64,000 nucleotides of DNA from Octopus sinensis (taxonomy: Eukaryota), in the NCBI RefSeq assembly GCF_006345805.1, contig NC_042999.1, positions 97,526,001 to 97,590,000 of the forward strand, given 5' to 3'. Below, piece after piece: positions 37,853-51,495 of the stretch (position 1 is the stretch's first letter; the number at the start of each line of letters is the position of its first letter). Below the pieces are notes generated by a model that did no database searches, was not told where the DNA came from, and saw only the letters and a program-made list of their open reading frames with translations. The position numbers were made by a program, and so were the translations under genes.

Positions 37853-38664
37853 GTAAGTTGCATTCATATTGTTATACATAAGTATTACACATATTACTCA
37901 TTTTTCAAATATATTGTATTATTTCCATTAAGGACAAAGAAGACCATGTGGTCATGAATCAAGTCTTTTCCTTTGAAATCAGTTCTATCAACAGTTTTGG
38001 GGAAAACTTAACAGGCATAGAAGTGCCAGCAATTGAACTTATTCAAAATTTCCCCAGGTTAATGAAGCCATTCTGCACACACTCATTCACGTAGCCAGCC
38101 ACCACTGATTTGTGAACTTGTTGAACAGCTGTTATCACATATAGGATGATTATCACCTATGTCTATTGTCAAGATCAATCTGTTACTTTTCTTTACCAAG
38201 GAAGGGCAAAAAAGTTTTCCTCTGTTTGGTGACTATGACAAAGGAAATTGAATAGTGGATGCAGTCGAAAGGCTAAGGTTAGGGATTTCTACTTTTTAGC
38301 CTAGACTTCCAACTTGATGCATTAAGTTGAAGAGGAAGGTAAGAGTAGAGAGTTTGATAATGCAATGTAGTGTGGTTTATTTATGAAAAAGGGTCACAGA
38401 GGTGAATTTGAGATTAAATTGGCCCACTCTGAATTTGAAACTATAAACAAGCAATAAGAAACTGGGTGTGCTGTGAATTAACATAAATTGTTTCCCTACC
38501 TATTGGGGACCTATTATCTATTGTTTTCGTTCATGTTGCTTTCTTTGTATTTAATCTAAACTCCAGTATTTCATATCTTTTTTGTATTGTCTCTGAATCT
38601 TTGGTTCAGATAACTAATAAAAGAAATTATCATCATTTTCATCTTTATCATTTAACAATTCTAG

Positions 38665-38775
38665 CTTGAAATACGTACGAATCCATTGTCTTGTTATGAA
38701 GAACTGGATAAGAAACCTGAAATGTTCTGGGTCAGTCTGCTTCAGACCTACTGTGTTCAGAATCATAATATTTCT
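38665..38775 (+). CDS. M16 peptidase exon 11
   Basis: TTCTAG|CTT...TCT|GTAAGT. LEIRTNP..KPEMFWVSLLQTY. Confidence 0.9.
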
Positions 38776-39337
38776 GTAAGTATTTCTGTGGCTTTTATTG
38801 TCATTGCTAGACTATTGGAACAGATGTTCATTAATTTCACTCTTACAACAGCTTCTGTTTTGGGGTCATGAATGTATTGGCAATGATTACCTATTGGTAT
38901 TAGATATTTTGACATCAACAAAATTTTATTTTATACTACATAACTTATTTTACTAGTTAATTTCTTTGTTACCATGTTATTTTTCTAAACCTAATTAACC
39001 CTTTGTTAACATAACATGCCAACAGACAAAACTTGGCTTATTACCCTTTAGGGGCAGGTTTGTCTCCATTTACTATTTCATTGTTGTACTAGACCCAGCA
39101 TAGAATTTCATTGTTATACCAGGTCATGCATTTTATGCATACCTCAGTTTTTCTATATTCACTACTCAGTCCTTGCTATTTTACTCTATACATCTTACAA
39201 TCATACATGATTAGATACCTTTTACATGCATCATACAGGTGTCTATATTTCACAGCCACACACTTTGTGTAGTTTTCCTTATTCACTTCCTTTAAATATC
39301 ACATATCTTAACACACATCTCTTAACACTAATTTCAG

Positions 39338-39481
39338 ATAATAGCTACACCAAGTAAATCTATGATGAAACAAATGAGTGAGGCTGAACAGAAACGGCTG
39401 GATGATCAGAAATCACAATTAGGAAAGATGGGACTGGATCAAAAAGAAAAGGAGTTGCTTGAGGCCATTGAATCAAATGAG
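39338..39481 (+). CDS. M16 peptidase exon 12
   Basis: TTTCAG|ATA...GAG|GTAAAT. IIATPSKSMMKQMSEAEQKRL...AIESNE. Confidence 0.93.
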
Positions 39482-40029
39482 GTAAATTAGATAATTTTAA
39501 ACCTGATCTTTCATGGATTAGTTGATAAAATTGTGTAGTATAACCTTAGAATGTTCTGGTATGTTTTTGTTTAATGTGGTTGTGTGTAGTATATTATTGA
39601 TGTGTAACATAGAACTGTTTTGTATATAAGGTAGTTTGGTGTACAATAGAGTTGTATAATGTCATAGGGAAGTGTAATGTAGTGATAGTGTCAAAGTTTT
39701 GTGTAATGTGCTAATGTTGCAATCAGGTGTAGTTAGTGTAACATTGTAATATAGTATAATGTAATGTTGTAGTTTAGTGTAAAAGTGCAGTTAAGAGTGT
39801 AGTTTAGTATAATTTGATGTAATGTAGCATTGCAGTGTTGTTTGGTGTGCGTGTGTGTTGGGGTGGAGGCATTCAGTTCAACATACCAACTGATCCTTGT
39901 GTGCCTCTCACAGAATTTGCTCTGTTGCAAGTGTTCAAGCCCTGGGTTGCCAGTTTAAAGATACTTTCAACCCAGTTTCAGAGCCCCTGCAAATAATAAT
40001 TAGTAATTATATTAATGATGATGATAAGA

Positions 40030-40395
40030 AAAGGGTAAAAAGAGTGTATCATCATAGATGTAGCTATATTTGTGGACATGAAGGTAGCAGTCAAAGAACA
40101 GGAGAAAATAGGAAAATACCAGGATTTGGTCAAGGAAATACAACTGTGGTGGGTTTCTATAAAATAATCCCAATTGTAATAGGTACCCTAGATACCATTA
40201 ACAACAAATTTAGCAGTTCTCTTATTGAAGTTGGTGTAACTATGAGAGTTGTATTAAGAAATCTGCTCTATTGAGAACAGCAAGGATTGTAAGAAAGGTC
40301 TTTGATATCTATGGAAACTGGTTGTGATCCAGTATCAAGGACATTGATTCTGAATGCAAAGCATTTGTGCACACCATGAATAATAATAAAATAAA
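40030..40395 (+). mobile_element. R4/Dong-like RLE LINE 3' remnant with (TAA)n tail
   Basis: CIIIDVA, EQEKIGKYQDLVKEI..LW, IIPIVIGTLDTI, KSALL.TARIVRKVFDI, ending AATAATAATAAA. Confidence 0.65.
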
Positions 40396-40775
40396 TAAAG
40401 GGTCATGAACATTGTTTTTTCCTCCCCCGACTGTGTTAAAAAATATCAGTTTAGTATTATACTAGTGCAATTTAATATAATATAGTTATATTTTATGGTG
40501 TAGTGTAATGTTTAAGTTTCCTTTATTTTAAAAGTTTTTTTATTTATTACATAAATATTTCTCTGTAATTTTGTGTTACAAATGAACTATATTTTGGTAT
40601 TTTTTTAAATATTTTATCTGCTGACATAGGTTTGATTCACACATTATACTCATTTTAGGGTCTCTTTCACATATCATCTACAGCTATACTTACATGTTCA
40701 AAGGTATTTTAGTCCTCCAAAAATTTCATTTAAAAGAAATTACATTGTTGTTCAAAATTTTCTTTTCATATCCAG

Positions 40776-40958
40776 ATAAAACCTGAAGATGATATACTTA
40801 GCAGTCTTCCTGTGCCTGACGTTTCTTGCATCCAGTTCCATCCTTTGCGTCCTTACTGCAACTATCGATCCAAAGACTGCGACAAATCTGATGTGTTCCC
40901 CATTGATGATATTCCTTTCAAGTTTCAGCTTGATGATTTACAAACTAATTTTGTGCAG
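40776..40958 (+). CDS. M16 peptidase exon 13
   Basis: TCCAG|ATA...CAG|GTCAGC. LSSLPVPDVSCIQFHP...FQLDDLQTNFVQ. Confidence 0.93.
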
Positions 40959-42444
40959 GTCAGCAGCAAGTTTTTATTTTACTTAAGAGATACTCAACAA
41001 TTTTCTTATTTTTCATTGTAATCCATTCTGCCAGTTGATATTATTCGAAGAAGTCAACATCAAGCAGGTAGCCAATGAGTTGCTGTGATTTATATTTAGA
41101 GTGAAATGAAATAGATCCAACTGATATTCAAAAACACTATTGTGTTGATTTTGATTTACTGATGTTTCTTGCATCCAGTTCCAATGATGGAAATGATTCC
41201 TAACTTTGTGATAGTCACAAATTTAGGAGTAAGGTTGAAATCTTTTGGATCAGTCTGGGCCCCGAGAGAGATGAAAGTCAACTGTGAGGAGCTTTAAATT
41301 TTGAGTATAAAGAAATGTAACAAAGTATTACAGAGCATTTAGTCAAGTGTTCTAGTCTTATACTAGTATTTATTTTATCAGCCCACAAGATGGCGGAAAA
41401 TGAATGGGAAAGGGGTCAAAATCAGAAAATGGAGGATCAAAACTAATTACTGTAAAAAAAATTAAGATATTGTTGACTTGACAATGATTTTTTTATCCCC
41501 AATATATTTTTACATACTGAAATAGACATGAATGTATATGAATTCACTTTGTAACCACATGGCACATAGGACAAGTGCCTTCTACTGTAACATCAGGCCA
41601 ACCAATACTTTAAACTGGCAGATAGAAACTGACTGTAATGTGTGTGCATGTGTTTGTTTCCACACGAAACCACTTGACCAGAAATGGTGGCATTATACTG
41701 ACATTCCTGTAACTCTGTACTTTCTAAGACACATTGAATAAAAAAAAATCCCATACTCAGAAAACAGGAAGGTCACTCTATTTTATTGTTATGATTTACA
41801 CTGCTCTTATGACAGAATAAAGAAATCAATCGTTATTATGCAACTGCTGGACTAAAGGCTACTGACATGCCAAGTTCACAATGTATTCTTTAAAACTTAG
41901 ACTTATTAATGTCATTTATTGATGGAAAAGGCAATAAACATTTCTGAAAAGCATGAGACATTAAGGTTAGTCATAAAAATATAGTCATTTATTCTGGCAT
42001 TTTGACCTCAGATCATATTGTAAGTTCAGATCTTACTGCTATTATTGTGTTGAGGGGTTAGTAGTAGGAAGGACATCCAGCTGTAAAAAAAAAGATCAAT
42101 TACTCTAAATGGCTAAACTTATGCAATCAGGGAAAGCTGAATGTAAAAGAGGAGCCAGAATTGCTTGAATGTAGAGCAAAAAAAACCTTGTGTTTGTTTG
42201 ACTGATGCCACCCTTGCCTTTTATCCTCTAAGGGTTGATAAGACAAAGTACCAATCCAGGACAGTGGATTGACATAATTAGCACTCAGTTTTTGAGTACC
42301 CTAATTAAATGGTCAAAAAAAAAATTATTACTATGGTAGTGAATTGGTAGAAACTGAGGTTGCTGTTTCCTTTCATTCTTCTGTAGCAATGTCAAAATAT
42401 TAGAAATGATTTCCTTACAACTATTACAATTCTCTTTACTGCAG

Positions 42445-42547
42445 ATAACTGCTGTGTTGGATACTGTGAACATTCCTAAAGAGTTGCGCTACTTTTTACC
42501 ACTTTACTTAGAGACTTTGTTTGAAAGTCCTATCCTAAGAAATGGAG
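42445..42547 (+). CDS. M16 peptidase exon 14
   Basis: TGCAG|ATA...G|GTAAGT. LDTVNIPKELRYFLPLYLETLFESPILRNG. Confidence 0.93.
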
Positions 42548-43469
42548 GTAAGTCTTTATATTTATCCATCACTTTGAACATGGCTTAGTCAGGTAGACTA
42601 GTGGGGGTATCTAGTTGATGATATTGCTTCTACCTAAAACTGCTAATCAGACCAACCTTGTCTTCTTTTTCATTCTCTCCAGTAGTTCCCACTCTTGCTC
42701 ATTTGCCATTTCCTCTTCCCTCAATTTTCTGGTTGACTTTTAGAACCAAAGATGAGACAATCTCTTGATATTTCAGGAGCTGTGGTTGGTGGTACCCTTG
42801 GAAGAGCAGCCTTTGTGGCTTGCTGGTGCTGTTTTCCCTTTTAGATTTTCCAGCTCTTTTGGGAAGAAATCCTTTATTGCCATATGTATAACAACAGGAA
42901 TTTTTGCCTTGAACAACCAATTTGTAAAACTTTTTCTTTTAACATACACTATAGTGTACAATTCCACAATCATTTTGTACTCTTTTAGGGTAATGAGGGC
43001 TAATGTCCATAAAGACTTCCCCTACTGATAATTTGTCATTAAAGGTCAAAATAGCAACTTACCCATATCATACTATGAAAGTGACCATGAGCTAAGAGTC
43101 AACATCATTATCAGTTCCTTATGTTTTTTTGGCATTAGTCTTTGGGCAGGTGTATGTAACACTGCACATGTCTCTTCAATTCATGTACATGATTGATATT
43201 TTTACCTTTTGTTCCACACTAAATTGCATTATAATTGTAATCTACACCGTCTGAAAGGAAACAAAATGAAGGAATGTGAATTATCCAAAACTCGTCCTTC
43301 CTCCAGAAAAATTCTTCACATCGAATTCTGATATAATCATAACCTATGCCATCTGAAACTTATTTGTAGAAAATTTCATCAAAAAATATCCATTTTTCAA
43401 AAAGTTATGAGGAAACAATGACAAGTTGGTGAGGTACTTTCTGTAGTTATAATAAATAAATGTGCCCTT

Positions 43470-43710
43470 TTTAAAGCCTAGCCAGGCTTGTGGTCCCTGT
43501 TTCCCGTTTTCTTTGGCGTATGTGTTCCCCAGCTGGATGGGACACCCGTCCATCACAGCGTTACTAATTTTTGCCAGCTGAGTGGACTGGAGCAACGTGA
43601 AATGAAGTGTTTCGCTCAAGAACACAACACGTCGCCCAGTCCAGGAATCGAAACCACAATTTTATGATCATGATGCTGAAACCCTAACCACTAAGCCATG
43701 CGCCTCCACT
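43470..43710 (-). mobile_element. tRNA-derived SINE
   Basis: Minus strand GGAGGCGCATGGCTTAGTGGTTAGGG...GGTTTCGATTCCTGG, CTTGAGCGAAACACTT core. Confidence 0.8.
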
Positions 43711-44395
43711 AAAGCAAAGTTAACCTCTGCAGAATTTGAACTCACATAACGGCAGACAAAATACCACTAAGCATTTCGCCCAGCGTGCTAACGTTTCTGC
43801 CAGCACGCTGCCTTACTTCTGTAGTTATGCCCTAAACTTATTTATTGAGTGAGTGATAACTATTAAGTAAATAGAGGATAAAAAGAAAATTTGATATAAT
43901 GTCAAAAAATTACATAAATTAGGAATTGGTGAGAAATATCCAGCTACTAGTAGGAAACTGTTGAGGACAGTCTTTCTGCTAGTAAAATAATAATAATAAT
44001 AAATAATTAGATATTGTCTTAATACTTCTTCCTCAGAACTGTACTCTTCTGAAACTCTTTGGTTCTTAATCCTTTGGTTATTAATTTGTGACACTTCAAA
44101 ATAACCATCCACCAATCTAACCAGATATTCCAGTCCTTTTCCTTATCTAGTGGTTGGTGGATTAGGATTCCAAAAGGTTAAGGGAACTACCTCTTTGTTT
44201 CACAATGATTGATATGCACAAGGAACAATAGCTAATGCACACGCACAAACACACACACACAGCTCTTGAATAGATATGCATGCTTAGGTATATATATGCA
44301 TATATTCATACATATGCACAGATATACACAAGACATGATTATAATGAAAAATAAGATTGTGGAAAAGTAATGTTTGCTTTGTTTTTGATATTCAG

Positions 44396-44526
44396 AGTTG
44401 GTTTCTCACAAGACCATAGTAGCAGAACTGCAGTCTGACACCTTGGAAAATCATGCTAGTCTTGGTATTGATGGTTCCAAATTCTTCTGTGGTAGCTTTT
44501 CTCAGGCTCTTATGATATCACTAAAG
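44396..44526 (+). CDS. M16 peptidase exon 15
   Basis: TTCAG|AG...AAG|GTTAGT. LVSHKTIVAELQSDTL..GSKFFCGSFSQ. Confidence 0.92.
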
Positions 44527-44867
44527 GTTAGTAGCTATCTTTGTCTAAACTGTATTTTGTATTGAACTCAAGTACTTTGATACCAAACTGAAGGCACATT
44601 GGTGCTAAAACTTCAATACACACGATGCTGCCTTTGTCACATAAGGTGCTTTTGCACTAATCACAAGATACTTCTCTGCTGGTTACAGTACCTCTGTGTT
44701 AGTTAAGTTGACTAGCAGTGAATTAAAAGACTTAGTGCTGAACAAGGTACTCTGTGCTGATCAAAACACTTCACCTATAACTATGGTGCTTCTTTATTGA
44801 TCATGATGTTATTGAAGATAAAAGTATTCCCAGTTGAATGTATCCCTTGTCAACATTTCACTTGCAG

Positions 44868-45048
44868 GTTGAACGAGAGAAATACCACAAAGGTGTGCAG
44901 TGGCTGAAGGAACTGCTTTATAAAGTGCAATTCACTAAAGACAGACTGAAAATAGGGGCCACAAAGATTGTGAATGATGTTCCTATGTTGAAACGGCGTG
45001 GTCCAGCTGTAGTCAGAACTGTTCTTTATAGCTTGTTGTACAATAGAG
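44868..45048 (+). CDS. M16 peptidase exon 16
   Basis: TGCAG|GTT...G|GTTTGT. VEREKYHKGVQWLKELLYKVQFTKDRLKI. Confidence 0.93.
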
Positions 45049-46020
45049 GTTTGTAGTTTACTTTTCTTTTACATATGCGTGTGTGTGTATATACCAAATA
45101 TGCATGCTCTTCTCAGAAAGTTATTGTTTCATCATGAGATCAGTTTTAGCATTCCTTTTTCATAACCTGATATTGCTTCAGTGACCCCCAGATTTCTTAG
45201 AGGCTGCAATACATCCATACTTTTATTACCGTGGAAGTTATTACTAGTCAGTAATATGACTTTCATGTTTTGAATTGTAGATTAAAAAGTCACTTAATAA
45301 AGTATAACACCGCCAGTATGCCAACAGAATTAACAAATGCCATTGGAAGTATTTGTTGCACATTTTATAGCTGCAAGCAATTAAGTGTATACATTAGTTG
45401 TTAGATGTCTGAGCATTACTGCCTTCGGTATTTCTTTTGCATTAAATTTGAGCTTAGCTATAGCTTAGCAGTGCTATAGTAAAGCTCTAGCAGCCTATCA
45501 AGATTTCCCACTGTTGTCTCCAAAACTTCAGTCTTGAAATGCAATCTTTGTAAAGCATATCAATAATAGCTGAGTTGTTAAGATGTGGGACTAATTATTA
45601 CATTATGATTTCATATCTTTTTTTCCCTTTTTTTTTAATCCCCTAACATTTTGCAAGACTTAGGGTAAAAAGTTTTACTGTACATATATGAATAAAAGTA
45701 AGCCTTAGTGGCAACTAGGGAAGTACGTGTTTTGGTAGTTAAAGGAATTTTTTTTGTAAATGACTTAGAACAAGTCCTTTATTAATGTATGTTATGTGTA
45801 GTGACTTAAATGTTACATATAGCTTTCTATGTTATTTATACCCATCTACATTATGTATAACCAATGTATGTTATCTGTACTCATACGTATCTATCTGCAA
45901 TTTAAGTATATCCTCCTATGTATTATGTATACGTATCTTTATTTTATTTATCTATTTAATGTTGTATGTGCCAAATTATATTAACCACTAACACTACCTT
46001 TATTCCTTCTTACCACATAG

Positions 46021-46106
46021 ACTCCAACATATCGGTTACTAGTATGCTGCGACAGAGCAAGTTCCTCACTGATGTGCTGGCCCAGCTAGACACCAATCCT
46101 GATGGT
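46021..46106 (+). CDS. M16 peptidase exon 17
   Basis: CATAG|AC...GGT|GTGAGT. SNISVTSMLRQSKFLT. Confidence 0.92.
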
Positions 46107-46620
46107 GTGAGTTCACCATTTTCCATTCTTTCATGTCATGTCTCTTAGAAACATCCTTTTCCTATACATTTATTCTATGTGCTTTTATCTTCCCACCTCA
46201 GTCTTCTCTCCATGGCTGAGTTGGTTCAGAATGATGGGCATAGTCTGTTAAGTGTGAGATTAAAAATGATTAATTTATTTGGTGATTAATTTCTCACTGC
46301 AACAACATAGAAGTTCAGTTATTGCAGGTCCCTCTACTTACTACATTTCTCACAATGCTATTTTATTAGTGATCCTCATCTATGAAAGCATGTATTTTTT
46401 CTGCTTTTTAACAATTTTCTGGAATAAGGTTATTTGAAATGAGTTGATGTATTGTAATTTTTTTATATAGTGGAATAATGTTGTGAACTCTAGTAATTGG
46501 TGGCTTCAACATTCCTTTACATCAAGTAAATGTTCATACTGCAATACCATAACATATTCCAATAATTTCATATAAAAAAAATCTTGCTTTTAAATGTCTT
46601 TTTTCTATTTTCATCTAAAG

Positions 46621-46784
46621 GTCATTGAGAAAATGGAGAAACTTCGTTCAGTTTTGACGAAGGGTGATAATTTGTGTATCCATATGACTGCTAACCTGAA
46701 GTTGTTGAAACTTGATGTGCCACCAGAGCAGCCATGGAAAACATTTATACCTGACTCTTGTGAACAATGTACTGACAAATCAAG
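46621..46784 (+). CDS. M16 peptidase exon 18
   Basis: CTAAAG|GTC...AG|GTAACA. VIEKMEKLRSVLT..HMTANL..PW. Confidence 0.9.
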
Positions 46785-46811
46785 GTAACATTCTGGCCTA
46801 TTTATTACTAA

Positions 46812-47194
46812 CTAGCAGTATCGCCCGGCGTTGCTCAGGTTTGTAAGGGAAATAACTATAAAGCATTTTTAGAGAGTTATAGCCAAAAAATAGCAAAAAA
46901 ATGGGAAAAAATGATGGTAAATTTTTTTTGAGAGTTAAAAAGGTGGAGTTGCGTCCCCTAGACAGTTTGTGGTTTGTGTTTCTGATTCTCGACCCCATGT
47001 CGAATTTATCGATTTTTTTCAGAACTGGGGGAACTTTTCAAAATTTTCGCTGCGTTAGTTTTGAATTATGACATTGGGCTATGTGTGTGTCAAGTTTCAT
47101 CAGAATCGGTTGAAAGCCGTGGTCAGGGTGAGGGTACAAGCAAACAGACACACAGAAACACGCACAGACAAACTGCCGTTTATATATAGAGAGA
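46812..47194 (-). mobile_element. Non-autonomous Helitron with intact ends
   Basis: Minus strand A|TCTCTCTATATATAAACGGC...GAGCAACGCCGGGCGATACTGCTAG|T: 5' TC, subterminal hairpin, 3' CTAG, A|T target. Confidence 0.85.
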
Positions 47195-47689
47195 TGTTTT
47201 TCTCCTCTGTATCAACCCTGTGCTTATTGAGAAAGAGGATTGTGATATGTACTGCAGATTAAACCCTCTCCCTACCAGGAATGTTCAAGAGATGAATCCC
47301 TAATTCTTAACAAAAAGCCATGATGTTGCATCTTGGAGATAGTCTCAAGTATCGATCTGGTATCGGACAAGGATTCTGGATTATTTGTTATATTTACTAT
47401 ACATATGATCTTACATTGACTTCCAAATATCTCTCTGATTATCTCCCTTGAAAGCACGCTCATTGTTTCCATGTAAGTTATGGCGGCGTTGCTGTTTCCA
47501 AAGTTTTATTTTACTCGCGTCTCTATCTTACTAGAAATTGATGGATAAAGAAATCAAGCTACATAAACAAACGACAACAAAACGTTCAGAAATTAAATAA
47601 CAGTAACATATTCAGTAACCATAATAAATTTAATTTATCCTTGACAATTTTTAGTTTTACCTATTTTGAATATATCACTCCTGTTTAAA

Positions 47690-48002
47690 ACCTCTTACCT
47701 ACTTGTCAACTGCATTTCTAGCTCTGCCTTGAAGGATCCTTTGCTTCTTGGACTCATGTTTTTGTGTACAACGAGGTTGTTAAAAGCACTGTATGCAGGT
47801 CCTTTCTGTTTTCTTTCATGCACAGAAATTTTTCTCTATAGACCTTAATGGTCGTAAAGACACTATATCAGTGAAGAGACTAAAAAAGGCCTTCACAGTG
47901 AAAACTCCCTGTTCCCTCTGCAAACGACACGCACAGAATTACAAACACGGCCCGCACACCCACCTTCATATTCCATGACTACCACTGAGATCGATCAGGA
48001 AC
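47690..48002 (+). mobile_element. Gypsy LTR-retrotransposon integrase C-terminal scrap
   Basis: LKALYAGPF (GPY/F-like), IDLNGRKDTISVKRLKKAF, RSG. Confidence 0.55.
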
Positions 48003-48362
48003 TGGAAAAGGATTCTGGATTATTTTTCTGGCTTTTTTACTTAATTGTTGAGAGCGGTCAGGTTCACTTTTAGTATTCTTATTTGTGAGAGCAGTTTAGT
48101 ATATTTCAGGTATTCTTGTTTTAAAAATCATCTCCAGCTAATCATTGAGAGGACATTGATGTTGCCTTGGCGGAGGTTTGCGCTCTCTGGGTGCTCCTTC
48201 TCCTCCTCCTCCGCCGCCACATCATCATCATCATTATTAGGATTGTTGGTATCTATGTTAAAACTTACTTTTTATTAAATCTTTTGTTTCTAATTTTTAT
48301 TCTTAAATTTAAGAATAAAAATTAGAACCGATTACAAATTTTTATTTTGTATTTTTCTGTAG

Positions 48363-48599
48363 ACCCTTCTTAAGGCGCACATCAGAGTATATCCAGCCAC
48401 TTGAGGCAATTCCCAATCCACATGTGATTATCGGTATCGGTTCAGAAGAATCTGCTTACCTCTACCTTACCGTGCCTGTACAAATATCCTATGACAACCC
48501 AGATCTGGCAATTCTTATGGTTCTGCTACAGTATCTCACTCTTTGCGAGGGCCCAATGTGGAAGCAGATTAGAGGCTTGGGTCTTTCCTACAGTTATAA
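48363..48599 (+). CDS. M16 peptidase exon 19 (R/Y substrate-binding motif)
   Basis: TGTAG|A...AA|[16 protein letters not shown]...[22 protein letters not shown]. Confidence 0.95.
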
Positions 48600-49661
48600 G
48601 TAAGTACAACTATTTTTAAATAACAAGACCAAAATAAAAAATAATTGGAGGTTGAAATGCTGCCCTACTTGACCAGACTGAAGTACATAGTTCAGTGTTA
48701 AGATTCCTCTCCTTCATAGTTGAATGGTTAGAAATGTCATCTGTGAAAACAATTGTTCCAACAATAATGCAAACTGGTCTTACCAGAAGCAGTTCTCAGT
48801 GGTCACATTTACTCAGCTCTAAATAGTTACCATAGGCATAATTCCTTTCAGTTTTAGTAGTGTTGTAATGACAATTGGTTTGTCAGCTTGCAAGTGACAA
48901 GTCTTAATCCTTCCTAGGGAAAAAGGCTACCCTATCCAGGCTTAGATTTGTTTGTTTCTTATCTACTTAATGCTACACAAACTAGACATAAGCACCAACT
49001 CCCTGTATAATTGAGATTTTAAAAAAACAAACATATGAAGATTTATGGAAAAGTACAAAAAAGTTGCTTGACATGTAATTAAAGCTCTTCTTTTTTGTCA
49101 CACTCTGTGCCATGCTGAATCTCCCTGAGACCTCCATTAAGGGTATGTGTGTCTGGAGTGCTCAGCCACTAGCACATTAAACTGGAACCCTCATCATCAT
49201 AACTGGAGTGCTAATATTGACATTTCTCATACATTCATGTTGACTATGCTTTGAATGATGACTAAAAAGCACATCTTGCTATGAAATCAATGAAGAAACT
49301 CACTTTTGTTACTTGGCCTGCTAGCAGTGGCAGCCATTTTCTACTGATTTTAAAAAAGAGGACAAATACAATACTTCAATGTAAAATTTGAAGGCTGAAT
49401 ATTGTGCAAAATTGGTGTAAAATCAACACATAGAATGCCTTTTAGTTGAAACTTCCTTATATTTTTGAAGGTCTAATTTAGGGTTGAGTGTAGAATAACA
49501 TTTAAACTGTAAATTGCACATATGTAAATTATGTAAGTGAATTGTCAGAATTAAAACTCTAGTTTATCAATCTCTTTTTACATTGACACTTAGCTCAGTA
49601 TATGTATATATCTTGTTGTATCCTGTAAATCTAATGTATTTTGTGGTTTTTATGTACACAG

Positions 49662-49755
49662 TATGACAATAAATGAAGAGTCTGGTTTGTTGTGTCTGGT
49701 TCTCGGCCAATCTGTTAACTTAATAGAATCTTTTAAAATGGCACAGAATATAGTG
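49662..49755 (+). CDS. M16 peptidase exon 20
   Basis: CACAG|T...GTG|GTAAGC. MTINEESGLLCLVLGQSVNLIESFKMAQNIV. Confidence 0.9.
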
Positions 49756-50380
49756 GTAAGCATCTTTTTTTTTTATTCTTTTTCTTTTACCTTTCAATAC
49801 TATAACTGACTTTGTAAGATATTGCACTAGACCAGCTCACAGGTCTTATTTAATTCTTCTGTAATGTATTCTATAGTCTATTGTTCAGAGTTTAGTGTCT
49901 TTAATTCAAAACACCTTGCTTCACCTAGCTGCCAAGCTTGACTTACAGATTATCGAGAAATGTTATTTGCAATAGATTAATATGTTTATCCTGAGGAAAA
50001 TGAGCTCAGTCACTTAACTTTATGAAACTGCATTGGTTGTGAACCCTCTAAAATAATTTACTATTGTTGTTGAGAGAGCATAAGCAATAGGTGATTTGTT
50101 TTGGTTTGTTACAGATACCCTTTTTTGAATTATTAGTTTTCATCAACTCATTTCAGACGAAAATTGAAAAAAAAAAAATTAAACCTAAGCAAAGTTTGAA
50201 GCTGTAGTTATTATAGTACAGAATATCTCATCTGCTGTTCTGCCATTTTGAAGCTCAGATCCTTACACTTACAGAATGCCTCTTACACTTTTGTGATGTT
50301 ATCAATATTAGACTAAACTGTTATATTATTTGTGCTGCAACACTTCTTGTTTGTGTCTGTGAAAAACACTTCATTACATA

Positions 50381-50893
50381 CAAGGTGTGATCAAAACTAT
50401 CAGGACTGTTGCTATGGTAACTGAGCTAAAGTACACTGAATGAAATTGCTTAACACAGATTGACCATACATGCACTCTTACGTTCTGTTATTTATAGCAG
50501 TGCTTGTAAGAAAAGTGTGTAGAGAGTGGTCATATCAAAAAGATCAGATTTCAGCTGCACAGGATCTCCTTGACTGTGTCAATGAAGATGGAAATGGTCA
50601 TAACAGGTGATGAATCATTGGGCTATGGCTATAACCCTGAAACCAAGGCTCAGCCTTTACAGTGGAGGACCCCAACAAGATTTTAGGATGTCAAAGAAAT
50701 CAGGAGAATGCAATGAGATAGCTGCTTGCTTATCCTAAAAATGGAGTTTGAGGAATATTTTCATCAATGGAAACAATGCTGGATGTAGTGGCTTCTGAAT
50801 GGGACTACTTCAAAGGAAATTAAATACTGAATTGATATATGTTGTAGTTTTCTTCTTATTACACTAGTCTCAATACGATTTGATCAGACTTCG
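50381..50893 (+). mobile_element. Internally deleted mariner element
   Basis: TA|CAAGGTGTGATCAAAA ... TTTGATCAGACTTCG|TA TIRs. VITGDES, YGYNPETKAQ..QW and GDYFKG remnants. Confidence 0.85.
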
Positions 50894-51008
50894 TATTTCT
50901 ATCTCCACATTACGAAAATGTTGTACCAAACAGCATAAAAAAACTGAAGCTATTCTTAATTTATTACCAGAAGTTTTATTCTGTAATTCTGTTTGATTTT
51001 CTTTCCAG

Positions 51009-51169
51009 ATGAGTTACATACTTGGTGAATCTCCCTATATTGAGTTAGAGTTGGAGAGTGCTCGCAGTAGTCTGATCTTCGAAATAATTAATCAAGAGAA
51101 GACTACTTTTGATGCTTCCATGGCTTCACTAAAGTCATACCTGAAAAGAGTTGACCACAACTACAACAG
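51009..51169 (+). CDS. M16 peptidase exon 21
   Basis: TTCCAG|ATG...AG|GTAAGA. LESARSSLIFEIINQEKT...VDHNYN. Confidence 0.94.
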
Positions 51170-51277
51170 GTAAGAGAAGTCACTTTGTTCACTTGATTGT
51201 CACAGGGACAGATTTTCTAACAAGTTTGTTTTTCTGTTTCCATTTTCAAATTGATGAAATATTTTTCGTAAACTTAA

Positions 51278-51495
51278 TCCTTTTGTTACTGTATTTATTT
51301 TGAGATGCTCTATGTTTCTTTCAATTATTTTAAATAAAACAAAGAATTTAGAAAAAATAACTTATCATTAATCTAGTGTTAGGAACATAAATTGTGGCTA
51401 AGGTTTGGTGGAAGATTTTAATTCAAAACTTATGAAAACAAGACATTTGTACTACAGAGCCAGAGCCGGTTTTGGCCGGGTTGGTAATGAAAGGG
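51278..51495. mobile_element. piggyBac-type MITE
   Basis: TTAA|TCCTTTTGTTAC ... GTAATGAAAGGG|TTAA. Confidence 0.75.

Noticed and set aside
49985-50040. CTGAGGA...GAAACTGCATT hammerhead-like motif
   Set aside because: Core boxes are present but stems I and II barely pair. At best a very old relic.
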